From assembly GCA_038253455.1 (NCBI GenBank), contig JBBSHD010000001.1, positions 1-28,247 of the forward strand: DNA of 28,247 nucleotides, written 5' to 3'. The first letter of the stretch is position 1. The number at the start of each line of letters is the position of its first letter. The translations under genes were made by a program, and so were the position numbers. The notes beneath the pieces were generated by a model. It had not been told where the DNA came from. It did not search any database and was given only the letters and a program-made list of their open reading frames with translations. The DNA is from Terriglobales bacterium (GTDB taxonomy: Bacteria > Acidobacteriota > Terriglobia > Terriglobales > Acidobacteriaceae). Below, in pieces: positions 8,501 to 17,626 of the stretch.

Positions 8501-11453
8501 CTTCGCCATCGCTCTTCTTCTTGTCCTGCGGATCTTCTCCGTGACTAACGATCTGGGTCAGGAACACAGACCCTTTTACAAGGAAATTTGTTTCGTAAGG
8601 TTTCCTCCAGGGATCGCGTAGCGAATCAATATCCACACCCTTCTTCAACATCTCCCCGCGCAAGGTGCTGCGATCGCGGATGAAGCGCCCCTGCTTCTCC
8701 ATCAGGTCTTTGGAGACATTCTCCAGGATGTTGCCGTAATAGAGAAAAAATTTCTGGCTCAAAGTCTGGGCAATGAAGTCGTCGGCCGTGCCCGGCGTCT
8801 TATCGGGCCCGGCGGAATGCGCCTTCACGAAATACTGGTCGCCCGCAAATCCTGTTTCGTAGCGGTACGGGGTGCCCCAGGGATCGCGCAAACCCTGCAG
8901 GTCGATGCCATCTTCCTTCGCCAGTTCGGCCAGCTCGGCTTCGTTGTGCGGCTGTTGGTTGCGTTCATTCCAGCGCTGCAGCGCCTTGTCGAGCGCCTGG
9001 AATTGCTCGGTCAGTCTTGGTCCAAAGACCGCGTCGGCGGTACGGTGGGCCTCGTCTCCCAATAGCTCTGTATCCCGGCTTCCATTGCGTAGGAGATATT
9101 CCGCCAATAGATCCAGATCGTGAGGCACCGGTTGATCCAGGTCAATTTGGTCGAGGTCCTCTCGGGAGACCCCGGCGAAAGTGGAGTGGTATCTTCCCGA
9201 AAACAATGCCCAGGGCCAGCTTCCGCTGGATTGGCCTCCAAAATCGCGGTCAGTGCGGGAGCGCTCTTCCACCGCAGTGTCCACGATCTTCACACCCAGT
9301 GCACTCTCGGCCCCGGTCTGGTCGGGGGCGTGAACTGCAAAGCGCACGCTGGCGGCCTCTCCGGGCCGGTGCTCATCTTTATCAAACTGTACATTGATCT
9401 CCAGCCGCCGGTTTCTGGGAAACAAAACCCTCACCGACTGTTCAAGATAGCTGTAAGGCGAGATTCGCTCCTCCAGTGAATATGCAGTGATATTAATTTC
9501 ATCGGTGAATCGCTGGTCATAAGGAAATACCACGTAAGCCCGGCCGTTGCGGAGCCGAACCTGTTGCCGGCCCAGCGCCACTCCTTCGCGCGACGCTTCT
9601 ACGACTGCCCGAAGATCTGTCTTATTGCTGCGCAGCGTCACCTCGATGTCTTCCTCTTTTTTGTGGATGGTGTGTGAAGTGGTAATTTCCAAGCCGGTGG
9701 TATGGTCATCCCCTTGATAATGGAATGTCTTGTAACTGCCTCCCAGTCCTTTCTGATCACTCGCCTCGAACACCAGCGAATCCCTTCCCTTCGGGGTTAT
9801 GAGAAGCCCCGTCACTTTCGCTAAACCATAACGATTGGTTTCCAATGTACGTAGTAGTTGTTTCTTTGACGGGTCGTCGCGATTCGTCAGGCTTAGCCGC
9901 ACCTTGCAGCGCGCGGGCTCGCCATCGGCATAAAACGTCGAAACATAGTAGGCATCCGCCGCATATGCTTCGAGTGAGCCGGCCTCGATCGCATAGACGT
10001 GAATGGGATCCCGGGTCACCCGCAAAGAAAATCGCCGCTGCTCGGTGTGCCCGGTAGTCAGATCGGTCACGTATGCCGCCAGATCCAGATCGCGAAAATT
10101 AGCGGGCTCCTCGCCCGTCTCCGACAGCGCGTCTCTGGTGGGTGTGAGGTCAAAGCGCGCCGTGAAGTGGCCGTCCCGATCGAGGGTTCCGGTTTGCACC
10201 TGGTCTTCCCTGGTTTCCCACTCCTGCTTGCGATAATTCCACTTTCTGTCTTTTTCTGCGACCACCCTGACCCGGCCCCGGGTTACCGGCTGGTTGAACA
10301 AATATTCCGCTGAGACCAACACCTCGGCATTCTGCCTGGGCAGGTAGTAAGGATGGTCGGGCTTGGCCGTGACCTTGAAATTGGGAAGGTCATAGCGGTA
10401 GATATGTACTGATTTCGAGGCGGTATTCTGGCGGCGGCTGTCATCATCTTTTTCCGCGCTCACCGCGACCCGATATTGACCCAGCAAGACGTTTGCCGGA
10501 ATCTCCCAATCGAAGTGCGCGACTCCGAACGCGTCGGTGGTAACGGTTTGACTCGAAACCAGCGTATTTTCCTCATCGGTGACGCGTACGTCCAAAGGTT
10601 GCCTGGGGAGAGCCCGGCGCCCGGAGTCGAACAGCAATACCCGGGCATGCAGAGTCTGTCCGGGCTGGTAGATGTCCTTGTCGGTGTCAAGCAGCAGGAT
10701 GTTTGCCGAACGAAATTCGACGGTATTGTCCAATGACCGGACGATGAGCCCGCGTTGCGCCTGCACGGTCAAGTCACCTGAGCTGGCTGGCGCCGTGGCC
10801 GGAATGAAGAACCGCAGGCTCCCATCGCCGGCGCTATTGGTTACGACGGTAGAAACAAGTTTCTGCTCACCGTTTTGTGCGTCCCAGGTAATCATGCCGC
10901 GAACGGTGGCACCGCGCAAGGGAGCTCCGGCGCTGTTGCTGGTGTGCACCGGGACTTCATACCAGCGCCCCGCACCGGTCACCCTGCCGGCAGCCGCCGT
11001 CAGCACAAACTGATCGGTCTCCGGGGAGTGTAGAGACTCGATCCCGGAGGCGAGTATCTCGCCCGTCCTGGTGCGAACTTCATATTGCAGTCGCAGCCAT
11101 TCCACCTCATTCGCCTGTCCGGGCTGGACATTGGCAAAAGGCTTGTCGAGTCTGAACACCAGCTGCTTCTGCCGGCGAGCAGGATTTACCTCGGTAGCCG
11201 CAGACGCGATGATCACATCCCCGGGGTTCAATAGCTGGAGTTTTACCTGCAGGGGATTAGTCTCGCCGATGGGAGAAGCGAATTGCAGCGTAAGGGTCAG
11301 TACGTCCTGACGCACGCCAATTTGGGCGATGTACTTTGGGTCTTTGGGAACCGGCTGGGCATGCATTGTTCCTGCACTCCCCAACCCCAAAAGAAGCAGG
11401 ACAACTCCGAAAGTAAAGCGGGCATGCGAACGAAGGGGTGTTCGTAGATTCAT
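5502..11453 (-). CDS. Alpha-2-macroglobulin family protein with inserted GspG-like repeats and a carboxypeptidase-regulatory-like domain
   Basis: Signal peptide from ATG 11453 (MNLRTP..VLLLLGLGSAGTMHA|Q); MG2 motif LLDTDKDIYQPGQTL; LREDFPETMLWEP..LADSITNW; thioester GCGEQ (CGEQ at 6995-6984); receptor-binding-type C-terminus (GLPPGAEVD..LYDYYNPE). Confidence 0.92.
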   Translation of the reverse strand: MNLRTPLRSHARFTFGVVLLLLGLGSAGTMHAQPVPKDPKYIAQIGVRQDVLTLTLQFASPIGETNPLQVKLQLLNPGDVIIASAATEVNPARRQKQLVFRLDKPFANVQPGQANEVEWLRLQYEVRTRTGEILASGIESLHSPETDQFVLTAAAGRVTGAGRWYEVPVHTSNSAGAPLRGATVRGMITWDAQNGEQKLVSTVVTNSAGDGSLRFFIPATAPASSGDLTVQAQRGLIVRSLDNTVEFRSANILLLDTDKDIYQPGQTLHARVLLFDSGRRALPRQPLDVRVTDEENTLVSSQTVTTDAFGVAHFDWEIPANVLLGQYRVAVSAEKDDDSRRQNTASKSVHIYRYDLPNFKVTAKPDHPYYLPRQNAEVLVSAEYLFNQPVTRGRVRVVAEKDRKWNYRKQEWETREDQVQTGTLDRDGHFTARFDLTPTRDALSETGEEPANFRDLDLAAYVTDLTTGHTEQRRFSLRVTRDPIHVYAIEAGSLEAYAADAYYVSTFYADGEPARCKVRLSLTNRDDPSKKQLLRTLETNRYGLAKVTGLLITPKGRDSLVFEASDQKGLGGSYKTFHYQGDDHTTGLEITTSHTIHKKEEDIEVTLRSNKTDLRAVVEASREGVALGRQQVRLRNGRAYVVFPYDQRFTDEINITAYSLEERISPYSYLEQSVRVLFPRNRRLEINVQFDKDEHRPGEAASVRFAVHAPDQTGAESALGVKIVDTAVEERSRTDRDFGGQSSGSWPWALFSGRYHSTFAGVSREDLDQIDLDQPVPHDLDLLAEYLLRNGSRDTELLGDEAHRTADAVFGPRLTEQFQALDKALQRWNERNQQPHNEAELAELAKEDGIDLQGLRDPWGTPYRYETGFAGDQYFVKAHSAGPDKTPGTADDFIAQTLSQKFFLYYGNILENVSKDLMEKQGRFIRDRSTLRGEMLKKGVDIDSLRDPWRKPYETNFLVKGSVFLTQIVSHGEDPQDKKKSDGEVVWQTQVDYFATTRQHFEQVLAAHLRSVGRYPENEAEIRSMLRKAGVDLGELRDPWGTAYYIIFKKAAEYGDRVTIQQTSVTGRRVTEPVTLIRKEVRVMSAGMDKTQDTNDDFQVAAYTVLLSGQGSHDQKSVPQKKINLIAGDGAITGTVTDPTGAVIVDATVEAIRDGGGATTTVKTNEDGRFELINLKPGIYKLVCNAPAFQSLTLSAVPVQGQVVTDVNLQLSIGAASETVEVTAVSPLLETTSSAISSESLHSLPLTRLPPGMAKGAAPGMALSTPRLREDFPETMLWEPAVITDSHGRTRLNFKLADSITNWKLTAFASTKTGEFGTAEKNLRAFQPFFIEHDPPRILTQGDVIAYPVVLRNYLERAQTLKAWIKPATWFQSIGPSEVPVTVAAGDAGRAIFRYRVTAAITGGKQQVGAANAEISDAAQKPVDVHPFGRPASATASTVMQKTGALTLQLPPDTIAGTIRAKVKVYPNLLAHVIENLEAGLERPNGCGEQTISSTYPSLLVTEIYEKSAKKPPIALKARRYLQAGYERLLRYQDLSGGFTYWGTGNPDTALTRYALEFLHHAGSLIDVDADVSLKAQHWLLAQQEKDGSWRGHYDKSDKNATMQTAYVAQGLDELEEPKGPQPAVPPARQKALAFLAAHSSLIDEPYVIANYALAAKAAGDDKTFARLVDGLRASVHYENNAAYWQLERNTPFYVWGAAGRVESTAEVLRALTAAGTKSASDEELIRQGLIFLLRNEAKDGMWFSGQTTVHVLKTLLKLVTPRAIGPGSRLSVVVNHNAAAAIDLPPGRDVTPPIEVDVSQFVKAGENQVDLALPSEGMISAQFVVESYVEWPHDAGPVVKTEVHSLSTLKLDVGYSSTRATTGDKIECRVRTERLGYRGYGMMLGEVGLPPGAEVDRESLELALKGNTSLYRYDVLPDRVILYLWPSAGGSDLTFKFRPRFAMQAQTAPSLLYDYYNPESSVTLKPSYFEITEGSQPQAAPR

Positions 11454-11728
11454 TTCCGGGCGCCGATCGAACTGCGCTGATGCTAGCACGCACCAGCGTA
11501 CGCCCAACATCGAAACCGGCGGCCAGGGCTGGTTGAAAACAATCGCCGGGAAACGCGGGTTAAATCGGGAGCGGGGCATGAGCGGCATTAACTTTCCACT
11601 GATCTTGCGGACGTCGAAACTCAAAGCGATAAATTCGGGTCACAGGGACCACTGGACTTTTCCCCAGGTGGTTGTTCTCCCGGCGGCACGTTCAAGCCTT
11701 ACAATAATCAACAAGGAGTTTAACCATC

Positions 11729-13147
11729 GTGGCCATTTATCTGCCCGCTGCCGCTGAAGAGCAGGAAGGCGCTCTTGACGATCTGACGCCGCGGGAAATT
11801 GTTGTCGAGCTGGATAAGCACGTGGTCGGGCAGCACGACGCCAAGCGCGCCGTCGCTATCGCCCTGCGCAACCGCATGCGCCGCCAGAAACTCTCGCCCG
11901 AGCTGGCCGATGACATCATGCCCAAGAACATCATCATGATCGGCCCCACGGGCGTGGGTAAGACCGAGATTGCGCGCCGCCTGGCCAAGCTGGCCAACTC
12001 CCCGTTTCTCAAGGTGGAAGCTTCGAAGTTCACCGAAGTCGGCTACGTAGGACGCGACGTGGAATCGATGATCCGCGACTTGGTGGAGATCGCGATTGAG
12101 ATGGTGCGCCAGGAAAAACTGGAGGAGGTCGGCGACAAGGCCGAGCAGAATGCCGAGGAACGCGTGCTTGACCTGCTGCTGCCGGCGGCGCCGCGCTCCG
12201 GCGAGGCAGGCTATTCGCCTTCCCCCGGCGAGAACACGGGCGACGGCGATTCTCACCACCGCACCCGCGAGAAACTTCGCCAGCAGCTTCGCGAAGGCAA
12301 GCTCGACGACCGAATTGTCGAAGTGGAAGTTCGCGAGCGATCCATGCCCGCCTTTGAAATCATTTCCAACCAGGGCGCCGAAGACATGGACATCAATCTC
12401 AAGGACATGCTGCCCAACATCTTCGGCCAGCGCACCAAGAAGCGAAAGATGAAGGTCAGCGAAGCCATCGAGTACCTGATTCAGGAAGAGGAGCAGCGCC
12501 TCATCGATATGGACCACGTCACCCGCACGGCGGTCGAGCGCGTGGAAAATTCAGGCATCATCTTTCTCGATGAGATCGACAAGATCGCGGGACGCGAAGG
12601 CGGCCACGGCCCCGATGTCTCGCGCGAAGGCGTGCAGCGCGACATTCTGCCCATCGTCGAAGGCACAACCGTGAACACTCGCTACGGCATGGTGAGCACC
12701 GATCACATTCTGTTCATCGCCGCCGGCGCATTTCACGTATCCAAGCCCAGCGATCTGATTCCCGAGCTGCAGGGCCGATTCCCCATTCGCGTGGAGTTGC
12801 AGTCGCTGACCATCGAAGATTTTATCCGCATCCTTACCGAACCCGCGTTTTCATTGGTAAAGCAATACACCGCGCTGCTCGAAACCGAAGGACTCAAGCT
12901 GGAATTCACCGCCGACGCCCTCGACCAGATTGCCAACTTCGCCGCCCGGGTCAATGAAACCACAGAGAACATAGGCGCCCGCCGCCTGCATACCATCATG
13001 GAGCGCGTGCTGGATGAGGTGAGCTTCTCATCTCCCGAAATGGATGCCGCGATGAAAGCCAACCCGTATGTGATCGACGCCGAATACGTGAAGAAGACCC
13101 TGGCCGACATCGTGAAGGACCAGGACTTGTCTCGCTATATTCTGTAG
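11729..13147 (+). CDS. hslU: ATP-dependent protease ATPase subunit HslU
   Basis: [98 protein letters not shown] precedes the GTG start. Confidence 0.98.
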   Translation: MAIYLPAAAEEQEGALDDLTPREIVVELDKHVVGQHDAKRAVAIALRNRMRRQKLSPELADDIMPKNIIMIGPTGVGKTEIARRLAKLANSPFLKVEASKFTEVGYVGRDVESMIRDLVEIAIEMVRQEKLEEVGDKAEQNAEERVLDLLLPAAPRSGEAGYSPSPGENTGDGDSHHRTREKLRQQLREGKLDDRIVEVEVRERSMPAFEIISNQGAEDMDINLKDMLPNIFGQRTKKRKMKVSEAIEYLIQEEEQRLIDMDHVTRTAVERVENSGIIFLDEIDKIAGREGGHGPDVSREGVQRDILPIVEGTTVNTRYGMVSTDHILFIAAGAFHVSKPSDLIPELQGRFPIRVELQSLTIEDFIRILTEPAFSLVKQYTALLETEGLKLEFTADALDQIANFAARVNETTENIGARRLHTIMERVLDEVSFSSPEMDAAMKANPYVIDAEYVKKTLADIVKDQDLSRYIL

Positions 13148-13209
13148 GCGGTGAGCAAATACATGAGCGCAGCGTTCTAATTCTTTGTCTTAATTCTTTC
13201 AAATCAGCC

Positions 13210-13549
13210 TGCATCTTTGCGCCGGACAAAATCTCCCCCGTCAGTTTGTCATTCTGACGACCCCCGGCTTCACCGGGGCGAGGAAGAACCCCTACAGTTC
13301 AAGAAATCTTTCCCTATGTGGTTCTTCTCCAGTATGCATCCGATAAACTTTGCGGGTAGGATCTCTTCTCGTGATTAGCGACGGAGCAACCCCTCGCCCA
13401 AAATTTATCGACAGCGTCGTGTTGAAAAACCCTCACAAGGGAAAGATTTGGGAAACAGTAGGGGTTCTTCCTCACCCCGATAAAACTGGGGGTCGTCAGA
13501 ATGACAACTGATGAGAAAGATTTCTGTCGGAGGCGGAATTACCGATACG
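13210..13549. repeat. REP-doublet/MITE-like palindromic element, copy 1
   Basis: Left arm GTCATTCTGACGACCCCCGGCTTCACCGGGGCGAGGAAGAACCC (from 13248) and inverted right arm GGGTTCTTCCTCACCCCGATAAAACTGGGGGTCGTCAGAATGAC (to 13505). Colinear homologue at 20125-20472. Confidence 0.9.
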
Positions 13550-13598
13550 CTCTGGGGTTCCTCACCCCCACACCCAAAATCTGCTAACCTTTTTTCGC

Positions 13599-14786
13599 AT
13601 GAAGCTGGCGCTTATCCTGACGGCCGCCGCAGCGATCACACTGGTCACCGGTTGCGGGACGCCGGGTGCACCCCAGCCTCCGTCGTTGCAGTTGCCGCAG
13701 GTTCCGCAGGACCTTGCCGCCATCCGCAAGGGACAGCGCGTGCTTCTCACCTGGACCACGCCGCGCAATACCACTGACGAGCAGGTCCTTCGCCACCCCG
13801 CGTCCACCCGCATATGCCGTTCGCCCGCCTATGCCGCTTCGGAGCTGCAGATCATGGAAGGCTGCAGCGATCCAGTTGGCGAAGCGCCACCGGGGGCGGT
13901 TGCAGATAACGTGGGTTCGGGAAAGACCGCGCCGAAGAGCAGTTATGTGGATTCGCTGCCCGCAATTTCAATGAGCGGGTCGGCCCCGCAATGGGTAACC
14001 TACGCCATCGAGAGCGCCAACACGCGCGGCCGCAGCGCCGGACTTTCCAACCAGGTCAAAGTTTCTCTCGCTCTCGCGCTGGCCGCGCCGCGCAACGTTG
14101 GCGCCGGCGTAACCGCCGACGGAATTGTTATTTCCTGGTCCGGCGACGCCGCCATTCCGTCCTCGGAGCCGTACCAGTTTCGCTACCGCGTGGAGCGCCG
14201 CGTCAAACCGGGGAGCGTAACCGCCCTGCCGGTACGCACCGCGCCGGCCAAAGGCCTTCCGCGCGGCCCAAGCACCGCCCGCAACCTGGAAAACTTTCTT
14301 GCCGTGGGGGAGCTCGCTCCCGATACGCGCGGCGAATATTCGCTGGTCGATAAGAGCTTCGTATGGGAGCAGGATTACGAATACAAGGTGAGCGCGGTCA
14401 CCAGCGTGCTGGCGCAGGGGAAATCTGTGGCCGAAGTCGAGGGCGACGATTCTCCGGTGATTGAAGTCGCCGCCCGCGACATTTTCCCGCCGGCGATTCC
14501 GGCGTCGGTGGAAGCGGTTTTCTCGGGCTTGTCCGATCCCAGCAAGCGCTTCATCGATCTTAGCTGGGCGCCCAACGGCGAGCCCGACCTCGCCGGTTAT
14601 AACGTCTATCGCCGCCAGGGCGACACGCCGCCGCAAAAAATTAACCAGGACCTGGTGAAGACCCCCGCCTATCGCGATGCCGGGGTGCAACCGGGCACGA
14701 CCTATCTCTATTCGGTGTCGGCGGTGGATGTCCGCAACAACGAGAGCGGCAAGTCAGCCGAAGCCAGCGAGAAAGTTCCGCAGTAG
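13599..14786 (+). CDS. Fibronectin type III domain lipoprotein
   Basis: Lipobox LVTG|C followed by GTPGAPQPPSL; C-terminal Fn3 motif DIFPPAIP..LSWAPN.EPDLAGYNVYRR..YLYSVSAVD..NES. Confidence 0.8.
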   Translation: MKLALILTAAAAITLVTGCGTPGAPQPPSLQLPQVPQDLAAIRKGQRVLLTWTTPRNTTDEQVLRHPASTRICRSPAYAASELQIMEGCSDPVGEAPPGAVADNVGSGKTAPKSSYVDSLPAISMSGSAPQWVTYAIESANTRGRSAGLSNQVKVSLALALAAPRNVGAGVTADGIVISWSGDAAIPSSEPYQFRYRVERRVKPGSVTALPVRTAPAKGLPRGPSTARNLENFLAVGELAPDTRGEYSLVDKSFVWEQDYEYKVSAVTSVLAQGKSVAEVEGDDSPVIEVAARDIFPPAIPASVEAVFSGLSDPSKRFIDLSWAPNGEPDLAGYNVYRRQGDTPPQKINQDLVKTPAYRDAGVQPGTTYLYSVSAVDVRNNESGKSAEASEKVPQ

Positions 14787-14829
14787 CCCCGCGCTTGCCC
14801 TGCCGGAAGGCGCCGGCCGCCACGCACGA

Positions 14830-14835
14830 TACAAT
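14830..14835 (+). promoter_or_regulatory. -10 box 7 nt before the FAA hydrolase ATG (putative leaderless transcript)
   Basis: TACAAT, 7 nt, ATG 14843; no Shine-Dalgarno. Confidence 0.55.
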
Positions 14836-14842
14836 TCCAGAA

Positions 14843-15622
14843 ATGCGTTATTGCCGATTTCGCTCCTCTGACCGGGTACTGTTTGGCCTCATCGAATCAC
14901 AAAGCGGCGTGGATGTAATCACCCGCGCGGCGTTTTCTCCCGCCCAGTGGGAAAAACATGAGGACTTCGAACCCGTCCCGTTGGCTGACGTGACCCTGGT
15001 GGCGCCGGTCACTCCCTCCAAGATCATTTGCGTGGGACGAAACTACAGTGATCACGCCAAGGAGTTGGGCCACGACGTTCCCGTGCGGCCGCTCATTTTT
15101 TTGAAACCACCCTCATCCATCTTGCCTCCGGAGGGAAAGATCATTCGGCCTCCGAGCGACGTATCCCAGCGCGTCGATTTTGAGGGCGAGCTGGCTGTGG
15201 TGATCGATCAGGCGTGCCACCTTCTGGCGGAGGGCGCGGAGGTGAAACCTTATATCCGCGGCTACACCATCGCCAACGATGTGACGGCGCGCGATTTACA
15301 AGCGCCCGACGGCCAGTGGACGCGCGCCAAAGGCTTTGACACATTCTGCCCGGTGGGGCCGATGGTGAGCGATGAGATCGATCCGGCCAAGGGCGTGGTG
15401 CTTGAAACTCGCCTCAATGGCGAGGTCAAACAGCGCGGCGACACCCGCGATTTCATCTTTTCTCTCGATGCTATAATCCGTTTCATCTCGCAGGTCATGA
15501 CGCTGCTGCCGGGAGATTTGATTCTTACCGGCACCCCGGCAGGCGTAGCACCCATGCAGGCCGGCGACGTGGTCGAGGTCAGCGTCGCGGGCATCGGAAC
15601 GTTGCGCAATTCCGTGTTTTGA
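14843..15622 (+). CDS. Fumarylacetoacetate hydrolase family protein
   Basis: PSKIICVGRNYSDHAKELG, PLIFLKPPSS, VDFEGELAVVI, GYTIANDVTARDLQ, WTRAKGFDTFCPVGP, LLPGDLILTGTPAGV. Confidence 0.95.
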   Translation: MRYCRFRSSDRVLFGLIESQSGVDVITRAAFSPAQWEKHEDFEPVPLADVTLVAPVTPSKIICVGRNYSDHAKELGHDVPVRPLIFLKPPSSILPPEGKIIRPPSDVSQRVDFEGELAVVIDQACHLLAEGAEVKPYIRGYTIANDVTARDLQAPDGQWTRAKGFDTFCPVGPMVSDEIDPAKGVVLETRLNGEVKQRGDTRDFIFSLDAIIRFISQVMTLLPGDLILTGTPAGVAPMQAGDVVEVSVAGIGTLRNSVF

Positions 15623-15737
15623 TTCCGTGGTTTGATTCGACGCCTGATTCGATGAACTTATTCCCCATGACATGCAGCGGCGGTTCCCGGTTGGGTTGCG
15701 GCTCGATTCGAACCCATGGCAGGAGATTCACCCGACA

Positions 15738-16148
15738 GTGAAGTATTTTTCGTATGAATCCCTGAACATCTATCTCCGGGTGGCGGCCATCGCCATCGCC
15801 CTGGGGTTGGTGATCTTCGCGTGGGTATTGAGCCGCCGCAAAAGCGCCGAAGAAAAAGAGCGCGAGCGCCGCGATCTGATCAGCAAGGCCGGGCGCATCA
15901 CCGACGGCACTGTCCTCGACATCAGCGAGATCACTACTGCCGGCAAGAGCAACGCGTTTTTCCTTTTTTACCGCTACCAGGTGGCCGGGGTTTCCTACGA
16001 AGCCTCGCAGGACGTGACCAGCCTGCATCACCTGCAGCTGAATCTTTCCAAGTACCGAATCGGGTTGCCGGCGTCGGTGAAATACGATCCGCAGAACCCG
16101 GTGAATTCCATTATCGTCGCCGAAAATTGGAGCGGGCTGCGGGCTTGA
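15738..16148 (+). CDS. DUF3592-like membrane-anchored protein
   Basis: N-terminal TM, then GRITDGTV..FYRYQVAGVSY..VKYDPQNP. GTG start chosen after AGGAGA (15721-15726); the ORF track starts at 15672. Confidence 0.65.
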   Translation: MKYFSYESLNIYLRVAAIAIALGLVIFAWVLSRRKSAEEKERERRDLISKAGRITDGTVLDISEITTAGKSNAFFLFYRYQVAGVSYEASQDVTSLHHLQLNLSKYRIGLPASVKYDPQNPVNSIIVAENWSGLRA

Positions 16149-16236
16149 ATCCGGCATGGCTTCGGTTCGCGGGCCCTTTCCCCAGCGAGCCGGACGGCCC
16201 CGGCGAATAAAATTGGGTTAAGCTCGTTATAACCTT

Positions 16237-16959
16237 ATGGGCAATCTTCCTTTACCGCTGGCGGCATTTGTCGCCGGCATCATCTCCTTTCTCTCGCCGT
16301 GCGTTCTGCCGCTGGTTCCCGGGTACGTGTCTCTGATCTCCGGCGCGACGGTAGAAGAATTGCAATCGGGCGAGAGCCGCGTCTTCCGCCGGCTGATGTT
16401 GAATTCGGTGATGTTTATCCTCGGCTTCAGCGTGGTCTTCATTTCGCTGGGGGCCGCCGCCACCACCATCGGCGGGTGGACCCGCCATTACCATGCGGTG
16501 CTCAGCCGAATCGCCGGAGTCATCATCATCATTTTCGGCCTGCATCTCACCGGCATCTTCAAGATCAAAGCGCTCTATGCGGATAAGCGCCTGCACTCCA
16601 CCGGCACCGGCAAAACCCCGCTGGGCGCTTTCATCGTGGGATTTTCATTTGCCTTTGGCTGGACGCCCTGCATCGGCCCCATTCTTTCTGTGATCCTGGC
16701 GTTCGCCGGTTCGCAGAACACGGTCAGCCGCGGCATCTTCTTGCTGGCGATCTATTCCGCGGGGTTGGCCATTCCATTTCTGCTGACCTCGCTGGGGGTC
16801 GGCCGGTTCCTGGCGTTTTACACTCGCTTCCGCCGACACCTGCATGCGGTCGAGGTATTCAGTGGAGTATTGTTAATAGTGGTAGGACTGCTGATTTTCA
16901 CCCGCCATTTCACCATTCTGTCGGGCTATCTCGGCTTTCTCAACCGCTTTGCGCTGTAA
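16237..16959 (+). CDS. ccdA: Cytochrome c biogenesis protein CcdA (DsbD transmembrane domain)
   Basis: AFVAGIISFLSPCVLPLVPGY and FAFGWTPCIGPILSVIL. Confidence 0.93.
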   Translation: MGNLPLPLAAFVAGIISFLSPCVLPLVPGYVSLISGATVEELQSGESRVFRRLMLNSVMFILGFSVVFISLGAAATTIGGWTRHYHAVLSRIAGVIIIIFGLHLTGIFKIKALYADKRLHSTGTGKTPLGAFIVGFSFAFGWTPCIGPILSVILAFAGSQNTVSRGIFLLAIYSAGLAIPFLLTSLGVGRFLAFYTRFRRHLHAVEVFSGVLLIVVGLLIFTRHFTILSGYLGFLNRFAL

Positions 16960-16980
16960 CCGAATCGAAACGGAAAACGC

Positions 16981-17601
16981 ATGAAACCAACAGCAGTGAT
17001 TCTCGCGGTCATCGTCGCCGTGGCCGGCCTGATCTACGTGGGCGCCCGGCAGTCGCGGCACGCCAAGGTCGGTTACAGCGAGCCCAATCCCACGCTGCCG
17101 GAGCTGCCCCAGGGCAACCTGATCGGCAAGCGCGCGCCCGATTTTTCTCTGGATGACCTCAAGGGCGCAAAAGTCACGCTCGCCGATTACAAAGGCAAAG
17201 CGCTGCTGGTGAATTTCTGGGCGACGTGGTGCGGTCCCTGCAAGATCGAAATGCCGTGGTTCGTGGAGTTGCAAAATCAATACGGCCCGCAGGGCCTGGT
17301 GATCGTGGGAATTGCCATGGACGATTCCGGCAAGGACGCCATTGCCAGTTTTTCGCGGGACATGAAGGTGAATTACCCCATCCTGATCGGCAAGGAAGCC
17401 GTGGGCGAGGCCTACGGCGGCGTGATGGGATTGCCTACTTCGTTTTTTGTGGATCGTTCCGGAAAGATCGTAGCCCACGTCGAAGGTCTGGCCGATCGCA
17501 GCAAGATTGAGGATGACATTAAGCTGGCCCTGGGAACGTCGAAGGCGGCGGCCGTGCCGGATGACACTAAACCGGATGGCGCCAGGAAGGCTGCGAACTG
17601 A
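16981..17601 (+). CDS. TlpA/ResA-like membrane-anchored thioredoxin
   Basis: N-terminal anchor, APDFSL.DLKG..V.LADYKGK.LLVNFWATWCGPC.IEMP, GLPTSFFVDRSGKI. Confidence 0.92.
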   Translation: MKPTAVILAVIVAVAGLIYVGARQSRHAKVGYSEPNPTLPELPQGNLIGKRAPDFSLDDLKGAKVTLADYKGKALLVNFWATWCGPCKIEMPWFVELQNQYGPQGLVIVGIAMDDSGKDAIASFSRDMKVNYPILIGKEAVGEAYGGVMGLPTSFFVDRSGKIVAHVEGLADRSKIEDDIKLALGTSKAAAVPDDTKPDGARKAAN

Positions 17602-17626
17602 TTCGGAAAACGCCTGGCAACACGCA

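Noticed and set aside
11454-11624. N-terminal extension of the A2M ORF from TTG 11624
   Set aside because: The signal peptide begins at ATG 11453 and the upstream residues look non-coding.
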